Positions 30,239-44,157 of a stretch of 64,000 nucleotides of DNA are shown in pieces. Made by a program: the position numbers and the translations under genes. The notes under the pieces were generated by a model. The model saw only the letters and a program-made list of their open reading frames with translations, had not been told where the DNA came from and searched no databases. Source of the stretch: Chrysomallon squamiferum (Eukaryota; Animalia; Mollusca); assembly GCA_012295275.1 (NCBI GenBank), contig CM022672.1, positions 31,186,001 through 31,250,000 of the forward strand, written 5' to 3'. How positions within the stretch are numbered: position 1 is the stretch's first letter; every line of letters starts with the position of its first letter.

Positions 30239-30746
30239 CCTGAAAAACAAACATGTAAATATTACTGTCCTAACAGTCCATTTCTCCTGCTAGTCTTACT
30301 AGTAGTTATCAACATCATTATTTACTACTACTACTACTACTACTACTTCTAATAACTACTACTATTAACTAACACTATACTACTACTACTACAAATATTA
30401 ATACTACTATACTACTACTACTACTACTATTGTTATTATTATCACTATCATTTATCATCATTAATATTATCATTACAATTTCATTTATTTATTTACTATC
30501 AACATCACCATTATTACTACTATTATCATTATTATCTTTTTAATAGCATTATTATCATTATAATTTCTGTTACTAGGATTATCAGCATAAGCTTTATTAT
30601 CATATGATATTACTGCTACTATTGTTATTATTATAATTTCTGTTGTTAGTGTTAGTATTATTACTACTATTACCACCATTATTATTATTATTATCATTAT
30701 ACTACTACAGCTACTATTATTATACTTATAATTTCTGTCATTAATG

Positions 30747-30795
<49 letters not shown>

Positions 30796-31860
30796 TATTA
30801 TTATTATCATAATTTCTGTAATTAGTAATTCAAACTGGTACAAACCCTGAAAGCATCTCAAACACTAAAACATTACTAGTATTATTAACACCATCATCAG
30901 ATATAGTACAATTATACTATTAGTGTTAGTATTTTTATCAATATATTTTCTCTTGTTAGTGTTACAATTACCACCAGCATAGGCTTGAAGCAACTTTTTA
31001 AACTGTAAAATAAATATTATAAAAATTAAAACTAATTAACAATATATAATAATCCCTTTTAACAGGTGATTTTAACAAAATGATAATGATATTACATTTT
31101 ATATTAATTATTGAAATCAAATATTAATAGAATTGCAGGAAATTTTTGAATGAATTATATTTATATTTAGTTAAATAAGAAAATAAAGATGAATTTGTTT
31201 ATCTGAACAATTCGTGACAGATTTAATTAACATTTAATGTGGTAGAAATTTGATAAAAATTAAAAACACACAATTACATTTAGAAAACTGGTGACCATTA
31301 CCAGCTTTCCCAGTCAACTGTTTGCAGTGGAAATTACTAGTTTCATTAGTAAAATACTTCAAAAGAGGTAAAATAATAGAATTAAAACTGAACATATTAA
31401 TAATTAGATATCTGCTCTGAAAATTAAATGTCAACAACATCAAATGACTCAGTGGAAACTGAAACTGAAACTGAAAATGAAGAGAACTGAATGAAACTGA
31501 GTGACTGTTTCTTAAGAAATGATTGACAGCTGTCTCCAGTAAACAGAAATATTTTCTTATAAGACTGAGTCCTGAATAGCGTCACCACTAACATTACTCA
31601 AATAACACAATAAAACTGAAAACAGAAAATATATGACTTAAATATAACAGTAAAGTTTATAAACACAAGTTAAATTACTTAACACAGCAAAGTATATAAA
31701 CACAAAGTTATATTCATGACAATTTTACTTACATCTCCATACATAGTGTTCTGTACTTTTGGCCAAATTCTCTCAGCAACCTACAAGGGAAACAACTCTT
31801 TGTGTCAGATTTAGAAAATACATTTGAATGAAAATAAATGAATACATTCATTTACATAGG

Positions 31861-31905
<45 letters not shown>

Positions 31906-34517
31906 TGTTTGTATATATATGCGTGTGTGTGTGTTTGATACACCCACCCAGATAAACACAAACAGTCACATATATATTTCTAATAAATTTGCTTATTTAT
32001 CAAAGAAATACATATTTCTACACTTAACCACTGAGTTCTCTAAATAATCATTAATAATATTATTAATAAGAAGAACAAACAATTCTAATAAATCTGTTTA
32101 TTTCGTCAAATGACGTCAAAAAAATCTACATCTCACCTGTACTACTTTGTTTTCTTCTGTTGATGCATTTGTTAACAAACACAAACCATAAACGTTGATT
32201 TCTGTCAGAAATCTGCCGGAAAACAAATAAAAAAAAAAAAAAATATACACATAAAAAAAGTTATGCTTTGTGTGTCTATAGTTTAATACCTACCTAAAAA
32301 AAAAAAAAAAACAAATATTTGTTTAAAGTATTGCACCCAGTCCAGGAGAATTGAACTATACATCCACTCCTAGTCTAAGTTTTCATGTTTTGAATGAATA
32401 CTTGGTAATTAAAATCTATTTTATATTAATAGAAATTTGTTAGCCGTTTATTTCAATTTATTTTTATTTATTTATTTTTTTTTTTTATTTTTTTTAAACT
32501 GTTGATTTTATATAACAGATAATCAATACTGATATAATTTGACTGGCAGTTTGAAAGACAAAATGTACTCTATGAGGCAAATCAGCCAGTGAGAGTGAGA
32601 CAAACATTCCTCTCTGGTATGTCATCTTTACACCAAAAACCCGTCATGATAACAACAACCACATCAGCAGCAACAACAACAACAACAGTAATAGTAATAA
32701 AAATAATAATAAGTAACTAAATATATAAATAAAAAATAAAACAAATAAAACCTATTTTAAATAAAAAAGTGACAACTTGTATTAAAATGCTGTTATTTAA
32801 ATAATATAAATGCAGTTTATTTTACTTACTTCAATAATGATTTGTCAGAACTAATAACATCTTCAAATTCCATTTGTGGTATTTTCTTTAAAAAAAGTAA
32901 TATATATATATAAAAGAAAAGAAATGTATTATTATTAAAGTTTTGAAACATTATAGTAATTAACAAGAACAGTTGCTCTGTAGATAAAAGTAAGCTCCAG
33001 TTACATTACTGTCAGATTTCCCTTAGTTTCAAAATGTTTCAGTTTGTTTCAGTGTATTTCAGAAAGTGTCATTATGTTTCTGTATATTTCAATGTTTCAA
33101 AATGTTTCAGTTTGCTTCAGTTAGTTTCAGTTTGTTTAAGTATGTTTCAGTATGTTTCATTATGTTTCAGTATATTTCAGTATGTCTCAGTTTCTTTCAG
33201 TATATTTCAGTATGCTTCAGAATGTTTCAGTGTGTTTCAGTATGTTTCCAGTTTAAGACAGTTATCTACATTACTTACATCAGCCCAACATTTTTCATCA
33301 ACTTTTGACTCCTGCCATTTCTGATTCAAAGCTTCAGTGGAATAGTCATTGTCATACAGGAAGGAAACTGGAATTCTTCCTTCATGTTCACCTGAACCTT
33401 CCCATGTCAGACACAGGCTGGTTCCTGGTTAATTATAATAACAACAACATAATCTGGTATACTGGGTTTTACAAATAACACAATCAGTTATTCTGAGTTA
33501 TAAAAATAACATAATTAGTTATACTGGGTTAGAAAAATAACATACTGTTGCTTTACAAAGCTAAATATCTTTAGTTATCAGAGATATAAGTTTAAAAACT
33601 CTGAATTACCCTTGACATTTGCTTTACAAAGCTGAATGTCTGTTGTTACCACAGATACAAGTTTAAAAACTCCGAATTACCCTCGACTGTTGCTTTACAA
33701 AGCTGAATGTCTGTAGTTATCACAGATACAAGTTTAAAAACTCTGTATTACCCTCAACTGTTGCTTTACAAAGCTGAATGTCTGCAAGTTTAAAAACTCT
33801 GAATTACCCTCAACTCTTGCTTTACAAAGCTGAATGTCTGTTGGGACATAGGCGACCTTTAACTGCTTCTGACCACTTTCTTTGTGTTTGCATTCTTCAC
33901 AGTGACAGTTGTGTCTCAGCCAGATACTGTGATACCTGCAATAACAGAAACATTTTCTTGAATAACTACGTGAACAGAGATTTTTTATAAATTAATTTAG
34001 CAAAGGCTACACAAATATCTGTCTACTGTACTCAAGTTTTGTCATTTCAGTAGGAGGAGACACCAAAAACAACTTAGTAGAAGATGCATGGTAATTCTAT
34101 GATAATAAAACTGATCTCGTATGTATATAACCCTATATAAAAGTGAATTTTCAAATCGCAAATATTTTTAATACTTAAATGTTTAACTAATAATTAAAAA
34201 GAATCTTTGAAATGAGGAGAAAGGAAAGAAATACTTTGATTCAAAATGATGTATTTACAAATATTCATTATGGTCTGTGTTGCTGTTTTTAAAGAAAAGA
34301 TAAAATATATTTTTAATACAGTGACTGTTTTCCATCTTTCCAGTTTATTACAAGCTGGTTGTCTTTAGATGACACTTCGACTTTGTCAATACTGTAAACT
34401 CTATTTGAGTTTCTTTTCTGAAAAAAGAAATAATATATGGTGATATGAATAAATGACTTAGGTGGTATTGGAATTTATATACCTATGTCTTTTGGCAAAC
34501 ACGAACGAACACACACA

Positions 34518-34567
<50 letters not shown>

Positions 34568-35970
34568 CACACGCATCAGGGTTAAGAATTTATTTATTTA
34601 TTATTTATTTTCGCCAGTATTATTAGTTCTAATATATATGTATGCATCTTTCCATTAAATATTTATTTATAATTCAGTTTGCGTATATATGTGCGTGTGT
34701 GTCGTGAGTGCGTGTGTGCGTGTTTTAAATAACCTGTTAGTTAACTGAGTGGTCCTTAATCATATCACTATAAAATAATAATAATAAATTTTCACAGGAA
34801 GAAGTCACAGCATTTATATTATCACAAATATACATGAGTTTGTCTTGTATTTCTTGTCTTGTCTTGTCTTGTGTGTCTTGTATTTAGGTCAATGTCGGCT
34901 GGATTAAATATAGAACGGCCCCTTATCGGTCATGACCGATCACGTGGTACACTTACTGATAAGGAAGTCAAAGGAAAGATACTTCGTATTGTACAAGAGG
35001 GGTGCGTACTTCCTGTTTAGTGATAAGGGTTGATTTTAAAAAGGGACTTCCGATTTAAATGATTTATTTTGGAGTTGGCTTCAAGTCGCCAGCCTAATAT
35101 GTCCCAGGCGTGGCCGGATTAATACAGGTGACTGACGTCATAGCACAGTCAAGCCCTGGAGACCCCCGATCCTGGACTCTTCGATGTCAAGACATCGAAG
35201 AAACCCAGAATTCACATGCTGAATGTTGAATATTAGACTAAATATTTAGTTCTCTTAGACCAGTTCTCACAACTATATTAATTAAAACCTGTCAATTTAT
35301 TATTATTTTATTTTTTTTATTCATTAGCCTATAACATAAAATAATATAATCAAATGAAACTGCGGCAATAATAAAAAAAATAATAATAATAAAAGAATAA
35401 AAATAAAAATATAAATATAAAAATAATAAAAAAAAATATTTTTCATATACTCTAAGTACTTATGTTAAAAAAAAATAATAATAGAAAATAAAAAATTTAT
35501 TAGTGATTTTTCTGTTTTGATGGCAACATAATACAAATAGAACAACAAATCATCATACTGTTGCCAATTTATTTAAACTTAAAACGTTTTCTATTACTTT
35601 TTTGAAATTCAAATCTTCAGATCCTCAAATCCGGTTTAAGGAAAACAAACTGTTCCTCTAGGGACCCTTTATTGGTTGGGGGGGGCTGTTCTGGGGGGGG
35701 TTTCCATTCCTCTTGATACCCTCAGCATAACTTTATTTTGTTTAACGGTTAAAGCAGGCCTGCTCCTATGCTAACCAAAACGTGTTTCATTATACGTTAT
35801 GCAGCCAACTCTGTAAACTCAAATCATCCTTACAAGGAAATTATTCGGTAACACACTCTGTTATGGTGATTTTCAGGGAGACAGTTTTAAAGTTTTGTGG
35901 TTCAGATTGAACAGTTTGATAAGAATATATATATATCTTTAGAAACCTTGACCAATATTCTTATCCAACT

Positions 35971-36057
<87 letters not shown>

Positions 36058-36418
36058 GTCTGTAAATTAAAAGTCCTCACATATATGCATATGTGTATGT
36101 GTGAGCGTATGTGTGTGTGTACTTGCATATATGTTTTTTTATTAACAGGGTCTAAAATTGGTTCTCTTTCCACTTTTTAGGCATCTGATTTCTAAAATAT
36201 TTAAACCAAACATAAACTTACATCCATCATCGTTTGATATTGACGAGCCGATGTCTTGCTTATTGAGTATATTTTAGTGTTTACTGTTTGGCGTTGCTTG
36301 GTAGTATCTGAAATATCACGTAAACATTATATATATAAATATTTACATCGTGCTGTGTATTGTCAAAGGATATGACATTTACGTTTGTTCTAGTCGAAAG
36401 AATGTGAAGATCATTTTC

Positions 36419-36459
<41 letters not shown>

Positions 36460-36655
36460 GTTGTTATTAATATTTTTTTTCAGCATAATCATAATTAAGA
36501 TATGAAGTTAAATTATTAATATTTTATTTTTTAATTTCTTTAAACTTGCTTATCTGTTTATATTGAAAAAGAAATCAGTAAACATTATGCAATAAAATTA
36601 TATTTTCACGACATTATTTTTCAAATAAAAAGCAAATTAAATTAAATTAAATTAA

Positions 36656-36695
<40 letters not shown>

Positions 36696-36899
36696 GCTAC
36701 AAAAACAACAACAATAATAATAATAAATAAATAAATAAATAAATAAATAAAAATGAACGACACGCCTACCATGATTTCCAATTGCCGATCCCAAAACTAG
36801 CCCCCTCGTCGAGACTAATGTACGTACTGCATATTTGTCACAAATAAAACATTTTTGTAAATTCACAGCTTTTGTCAGCGCTCTCACAGTAAAAGACAT
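23758..36899 (-). CDS. BBOX1: Gamma-butyrobetaine dioxygenase-like Fe(II)/2-oxoglutarate dioxygenase (BBOX1/TMLHE family), copy A, 474 aa, 15 coding exons
   Basis: Phase-consistent GT-AG exons in transcript order: 36899-36770, 36307-36222, 34417-34320, 33935-33808, 33424-33279, 32885-32830, 32212-32137, 31780-31733, 28150-28026, 26490-26350, 25722-25662, 25235-25182, 24799-24731, 24400-24296, 23859-23758 (1425 nt). Motifs: Zn site WLRHNCHCEEC...W-x5-H; NVAYS...HMD...YESPPGIQMLH; GGENKFLD; LKPGEIIVFNNRRMVHDR; DRFLQGTY. The symbol is family-level; orthology is not shown. Confidence 0.9.
25740..26200. repeat. ~32-bp intronic minisatellite (homologous decayed array at 51780-52070 in copy B)
   Basis: Repeated aataactcttttacaccaatacattatgaatg units. 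Confidence 0.8.
26548..26860. repeat. (AAT/GAT)n trinucleotide tract
   Basis: Direct reading; it accounts for the poly-N and poly-I ORFs. Confidence 0.95.
28151..30350 (-). repeat. Compound minisatellite (~145-185 bp units: constant core plus variable (GCT)n(ACT)n) duplicating the 3' splice site of the HxD exon of copy A
   Basis: cctgaaaaacaaacat (= atgtttgtttttcAGg on -) occurs at the true acceptor 28151 and again near 28582, 28760, 28903, 29082, 29267, 29418, 29588, 29749, 29922, 30080, 30239. Confidence 0.92.
33030..33250. repeat. 10-bp intronic tandem repeat (tttcagtatg); inverted counterpart at 47468-47583
   Basis: Direct reading; same intron position in both gene copies. Confidence 0.85.
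33540..33840 (-). repeat. Short (~4 unit) version of the 71-bp exon-4/donor tandem repeat in copy A
   Basis: Reverse complement of the 44891-47005 unit. Confidence 0.9.
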
Positions 36900-37311
36900 A
36901 TTTAATTAATAATTCTAAAGCCTGTTAAAAAAAGAAATATATATATATTTTTGGGTTTTTTTTTTAAAAGTAGTTGAATAAAGTAGATATATATAGTCTG
37001 GTTTCACAGTTTCAGATAGCTCTTTTTAAACTGCGCATGCCCTGAAATAAAAAACCGCTGATGTGGCGGTTTTAAATAAGATAGCATGTTGATATTGCGT
37101 TGATACCGCTATGGTGTCCTTCCTTCGAAAATAATCTTTGATTGCTCCTGAACAGACGTGAATCCCCGTCAAGGAACACAATGAACGTAATATTATAAAT
37201 ACATGAAGAATGGTTCGCTGTTGACTTCGCGGTAATAAGGGTTTGTCCTTTCGCTTTGGAAATAACTGACAAATCAACACAGACTCCGGTCATCTCTTTT
37301 CAAGTCGCCAA

Positions 37312-38300
37312 GAAAAAAAAAGAGAAAAAAAAAAAACAACAAAAAAACATACAGAATATATTTTGGTTTCTTGTGTTTGCGAAATAGGAAATGCAAAACA
37401 CAGTGGAACCTGTCTTGTACGGACACTCGTGTTGTCGAGCAAAATTGTCCACATACTGCAGGTATCCTGATATCGAAGAGACAAGAATTTACGGATTTTG
37501 ATTTATTTATTTATTTTATCATATTTACAATTTTTAGTCACATCCATCACACCAAAACCCACACAAATAAATCAGAACAACAAGCATCGCGGCTTTCTCC
37601 TAAAATACAACTGCAAATATATCGAGTTCTTTGTAGGATCTAAATAAAACCTGATATTACACGCTATAAAACTCATAATCGGCATAAACACAGTACATTT
37701 ACGTTTGAAACCCAATTTGTGCCCAGCCGCACCATCTTTTCGACCTCAAAAGTCAGCTAGGCCCGGTATTTATACAACACAAATATGCATGGAATGATGT
37801 TGAATGTTAGAATTATCAAAATTATGCACCGAATCGTTTGGACTCGCACGTGCAAACATTTGGCGATTGCAGATCGCGGGCTCTTGCGAATTGCCAAAAC
37901 CAGCAATCCCAGCATGCACTTTGCAGGAAATGGGCAACGCCATCTTTAAACATATCGTATAAACTTATTTATGTTTGTAGGACTGTCCGCTTTAGCACGT
38001 GTCCGCTGATCTAAGGGACACAATCTATGGAAAACATCGGGGACTCGGAAAAGTGACTTACTACGTAGGTGGTCGCTAAAGACAGGTAGCACTGTATTTC
38101 CAAAACGTGTGTGTGTGTGTGATTAAATCTGGGTCACTAAACCTATCTTAAGACTCTTGGTTGTCAACAGTTTTTTGACTGTATATCAAAAGTTTTGACT
38201 ACATATCAAATGAACAGTATTTTAAAATTTACAAACTACGACAATCAAATATCATTCATTCACACGGCCAATTTTAATAATAATAATAATAATAATGATG

Positions 38301-38397
<97 letters not shown>

Positions 38398-38569
38398 ATT
38401 AAAAATAAAAATATGAAATACTGTTGGTATTGTGTCAAAATTTCACAATGTGGAGATGGCGGTTTGAGATATACGAAGAGAACGTATGTCGAAAATATCA
38501 TTATTGTATCCCTATTAATTCATAGTATTTGCACCATATACACACACACACACACACACATATATATAC

Positions 38570-38600
<31 letters not shown>

Positions 38601-38640
38601 AATATATGTATATATGTTCTTTTTTCTTCTTTTTTTTTCT
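37312..38640. promoter_or_regulatory. Spacer between inverted arms; candidate bidirectional promoter
   Basis: Bounded by inverted homology blocks 37260-37311 and 38641-38695. CpG-enriched, with TCCCAGCATGCACTTTGC (37907-37924, ZNF143/Staf-like) and CGCCATCTT (37938-37946, YY1-like). Confidence 0.5.
37985..38096. mobile_element. Tc1/pogo-type MITE end remnant (related end at ~62208-62250)
   Basis: ggtggtcgctaaagacaggtagcactg-TA terminus resembles the reverse complement of cagtgaaacctgctctagcggccact at 62208. Confidence 0.4.
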
Positions 38641-40339
38641 TCTGGCGATGTGAGAAGAGATTACCGTAGTCTGTGTTTATTTGTCAGTTATTTGCAATTA
38701 CTCAGATGTATTACATTAATAAACTGATTTGAAATATTAAATTCAAACCGATTTTTTTTTTTCTCAAAATGGATGATGGGAACATACTTTATTTTGTTTT
38801 ATTGACCAAATACAGCGAATAATATTTGATGATTACATGTTATCACAGGATAGAGACTCGCTCTAACAGAATTTTGACTTTATTTTTGAATATATGTAAT
38901 TCAACAATACATGCAAAATAAACTCACAGTTTTGAAAACGTACGCGTGACAGCCTGACAAAATGAGTCACAAGTCGAAATAAACGTTAAAAAATGAGTTT
39001 TTAGTCGCACCTGAAACAGCAGCACGTTGTTTTCTTATCAGACTGCTGTTTTAAATAATTGTAACATTGAACGTTATGTGTTCGTTTAGTCGTTTATGAC
39101 AGGGATTTGTACATTTTAAATTGTGACAGTAAAATATATCCACTAGATAAAAAACACATCAACAAGAGTGTAGTTTGAATGGGTTTTTTTTTTTTTTAAA
39201 TTTTAGCAAACATATTTTCTAATAATATTACCAGAACATAAACACAATGGAAGTATATACGACTTTAATAAAATTGAAGTATTTTTGTATTATTATTATT
39301 AACAAACATATTTTCTAATAATAAACACAACTGAAGAATTTACGTCTTTAGTAAAATATCTATTTTTAGAAATCAGATGGATTCTAATTAAAGAAGGAAT
39401 CAGTCACGGAAAGAATCAAGTAATTAAATTAATGTGAATAATAAGTTATTCTTTATGTATAATAAATACACCGCTAATGACACAGATTACACTTCCTAAT
39501 GACAATAAAAAGCCAAAAAAAAAAAAAATAAATAAATAAATAAATAAAAAAAAAAAAAAAAAAAAAATATCAAGGTTTCAAGGCCAAACTTTCAAGGTTC
39601 TCTCCCATCATCTCTATATTCATCAAGCGGAACCGCCGTGGTTTGCAACTTGCCCGCTTGTCACCCCTCCTGTTCAAACCCAAAACCCAGGACTTAGACT
39701 TAACCCCAGTGCACGTGTGTTTTAGATTCCTGTGAAAACAGTGGAATCAAATACATAAGAAAAGCCATTTGATGGAGAAAAACAAATTTTCTAAGTTATT
39801 TGCTTGCCATATCTTGGCCGTTAAAAAACTTACGTAGCTTTAAAAACTACCGTTAACAGTTTGTTATCGAGTATTTTCCTGTTAAAAAAAAAAAAAAAAA
39901 GAAAGGTATTACGGATGGTGAAACATAAGTTTAATTATTATTTTTACATCGGCAGTTAAAGGTAGTTTATTTATTTACTTATTATAATTATTAATATATA
40001 TTTATTTAAATTTTTCTTTGGTTTATCTTTTCTCTATTTCATATATACAGAGATAAGATAACGTCAAGATTATATACATATAAAAGTTAGACTTATATTT
40101 GTAGCTGGTAAATATATATATATATCCAATAAAAATTAGTGCTTTAATAAAGTATCTATAGATAGTATATGCAAAAGAAAGGTATCTAATGAATTTACGT
40201 TAATTCAAGATAAGATTATCAATCTTCCTTTGCAAACCCAATTATTATTAGATAGATATGTATAGACAAGAAATAGCAAAACAAATTGCCTCTTTAAATT
40301 AATGTCAAGTTAATTGAATAAATATGCAATACAGAATAA

Positions 40340-40370
<31 letters not shown>

Positions 40371-42336
40371 TTTTACCGTAGAGAGAACATGTCAGAACTG
40401 GACATTCATCGTATCTAGTAAGGCATATGCAGGATATTTCAGAAGCCATCGTATGATTAACAATTTGTATACTTTATATTACATGGTAAATATTTTAAGT
40501 TAAACCCAGCGTTGATAATTTAATTTTTATTTCTTTAGGCAGGCATGAACAACCTTTTCTTCTTCTTCTTCTTCTTTTTTTTTTTTTTTTTTTTCAGAGG
40601 CGGGCCGCATGAGACGTAATTATAAGTAGGCAGACTCTACTTCTATAAAAACAATAAAAATAAATATAAAAGCTAACAAAATTTTAATAAACGTTCTCCT
40701 CGTGAAAATAGGCGTTACACTGAAATTAGGCGGGTCGCGGTTTACCCCAGACGTTCTCAGTAAGATGTAACTCTCAAAAGCGATATCTCTATAAATGTAA
40801 TTAAGTAAACTGCTGTGTTTTCTTTGTTATAATTAAATTACAAAGTCAGATGGCGCGAAGTGACGTAATACCACTAAAACAGATAAATAACGACTCGAGG
40901 TTAATCTGCAAGATCTTGAAGAAGCTGACGTTAGTCCTCGTCTATTCAAGTATTAAGAGCGCAGTGTATCGTGTGAAGGCAAGCACCATCCTATTCTTCC
41001 GCAGTCTCGTTCCCAGATACACACGCACGTTGATAGTGGTCAGAAATCAGATTAAGGCACAGACTAACGGGTTATGACTACAAAGATCATAATTTTTGCC
41101 AGAGAGCACCAAAACATTAATCCCTGAATCTATACATAGATAAAGGATATCGTGAATTTTAAAAATAATATTCCTACAGTTATACAGCTTTAACACTTCC
41201 TAAGTCACGCTAAGGATTATTATTATTATTAACTAAACAGCAAATTTCCAATCGTGTATTCAGGAACCTCCAATCACGACAGTTCACATAATTAAAGAAG
41301 CCAGTCATTCTGTAAAACTACTCAACATGCTAAAATATTTTTTATCGACTGAATGAGAACTTTGCTAAATTTGTGCAGTAGATATGTGATCATGAACATA
41401 TAAAATATCACATCATTTGTGATATTTGATAATTCAAGTCAGCTTTTTAATATCGTATCTAAAGACGTGATCGTTTGTTGTCCGATTTCAGCTGGGGTTA
41501 AAAGGTTATCAGTCTGGTGGATTGAGGTGAAATGTTTCTCAGGAGTGAATAAGAATTAAGCTTAAAACTGAATCGACCTGTCTCACTGAATCCGCGGCTA
41601 AATCGTTAATGATACTCGTCGATTCTGGAGCAAACAAAAATAATAAAAAAGACATTGTATACGGTCTTTTTTTTTTGTTTTTTTTTCCAGTTATTATTTA
41701 ACAATTCTGACTATTCACTCGGGATTAGTCTCAATGAGAAAAAAATAACAATAAATAAATAAATGAATAACAATAACAATAATAAAACTCGACTGGAGTC
41801 CAAAGTCCCTGATAACTACGCTAGCATTAAATAAATAAGGAACGTGATATTTTTACGGACGCCGTATAATCAGTTCTGAAGACGTGACTGTCATACGGCC
41901 GCAATGTATGTAATATACATATTGTTTGAATTTATTTCTCTTTTTGTGTGTGTGTATATATGTATGCGTGTGATAAATTCAGGCTAATTAAACAACAACA
42001 ACAACAAAGTAAACAGCAAAGTACACAGAACAATAAATATTCGTTGGCCGGCTGACCAACCGGTAGTTTCGTTCCAACTGCTTGTGCTTTTGTCCATTTG
42101 TGAATTTAAAACCGGTTGACCGGATACGGACATCAGGTCCAGCAGACGTCGCTGCTCTCCGTTCGTCAGATCGGTAGCCATAATAGAAAACAGCGCGGCA
42201 GTGAATTTAAGGAAGTGCCCGCTAAACTGCTTACACGGCAGCCGTATGATTATCCACTTCGATCTAAAAATATATAATATATTCTAAATTTGTTTTACAG
42301 ACATTAAAATAAAAGATTTAAAAATCAAATAAAAAT

Positions 42337-43927
42337 ATGGCTTTTACACTGAAAGCTGGGATTTTTCAGAAATGTTTCATTTGTGAAAAATATGTATTTC
42401 GACTGAGCAGACGAAGTTTACGTAGTTTAGTATCGACGAAGGGGCTGGTTTGGGGATCGGCCATTGGAAATCACGGTAGGCGTTGCTGTTTATTTTTATG
42501 ATTATTATTATTATTTTCTAAATTGCTTATTTAAAATAAAACTATCTTAATATCTGTATTACATAATGTTTATTGATTTTCTTTTTAAATACACAGAAAT
42601 AAATTTTAAGAAAATTATTAATTAAATACGATTTATTTAATAGATATGGGATAAAAGATAAATAGCTTACTATATTAATAATAATAATATTCTCGCATTT
42701 TTACTTCTATTTTTTTTTTTCACCTAAAATAAATTAAAATATTTTTCATTTTCTATTTCTTCTAATTTTTACAAATATTGATATTTAAATATTGTATTTA
42801 TGACTCAGTAGACGTAATTTTTTTAGATGCTAACCGACACAGAAACGTAAACACTAAAACGTACTCAGTAAGCAGTGCATCGATTCATCAACGTCAGAAA
42901 GTGAATGATGTAAGTTGGAGTTTATTTCAAATAAGTTAAAGCCTAAAAATGACAGACACATTTTTAGATTTTGTCATTCAGTGGGTCAAAATTGAACAAA
43001 ATTTTATATCATTGAAAAAGAAACTGACCATAGATTTTCAATCTGTCATTAATTACTTTTTTTTTTTGCATCATGACTTGTAAATTAGGTTTCTGACCTT
43101 GACCTTGATCTTCATATAAACAAATTTAAACCTCTGGCCATTTATTACTTATAACATGTACAGTGTCAGGACTTCAATTACAAAATAGAATTAGAAATCA
43201 TATTATAATCAATGTTAGAAGTATAACTCTTATTAAATCAGGAAATATTATCCAATGTACATGGTAACGAAAGTTGAAACAAAAGATAATTTTATAAATA
43301 TTCTTAACTAATGAAAATTATCACAGACAAATGTCAGAGTATTAATAAAAGTAAGTTTTTATTCCTTCTTCTTAATGCTTATAACAAATTATATCAATGT
43401 CACTGAAACCATTAGTCATATCTGAAGAGTCACTGTTTGTTTGTTTCACATTGAATATAGCCTAAATAAAAAAATTAGCTTTGCATGTGATAAATAAATC
43501 AATATTTTAAAACCTGTAATGGTAATTAGCTTCATTAACAGGTGAAAAATATAACAAAATTAATTTAGTGTCACACATTCCACTAGGCAGATTAAAATGT
43601 TATGGTCAAGGTACAAATATTTAAATACAAATACAGATGGATAGGTACAGGGATGGACACAGATATTTGGTCATTCTGATCTGTTGGTATTTGAGAAACA
43701 TATGTTTAAAGATGACATCAGTAAACAATTTTTTACCACAAATGCAAACTCTGGAGAGTGATTTCTTCTAAATTATTCTTCATATATTTTTGAAAGGCTG
43801 TCAGGTTGAAAATTGTTTATTTAATAATATTCAGCTTATTTAGTTACAGTTATATTTGATGTACATGACTGTGATTAAAGACCTCTCAGTTTAACATGCA
43901 AACATTACTAATTAACCTGCTGTTTAA

Positions 43928-43962
<35 letters not shown>

Positions 43963-44054
43963 TTTTTTTATTTTTATTCTATTTTTTTTATCAACTGGCT
44001 GCAAGTGATCTGTCTTAATTACTCCTTGTAAATATTTAGTCACACACACACACA

Positions 44055-44095
<41 letters not shown>

Positions 44096-44124
44096 TATTA
44101 ATACAGATCACCTTGGGTAAGTTG

Positions 44125-44157
<33 letters not shown>

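Noticed and set aside
28509-30352. Series of near-identical ORFs (MLSTVLFTTITAAAATTTT..., poly-L/Y) resembling a mucin or antifreeze gene family
   Set aside because: They are translations of an intronic minisatellite antisense to the dioxygenase; TTG starts, stops in every unit, no splice structure.
41850-42250. GC-richer patch with short palindromes and a 65-aa minus ORF upstream of copy B
   Set aside because: No clear TIR/TSD, RNA fold or protein motif I can support; probably a repeat fragment.
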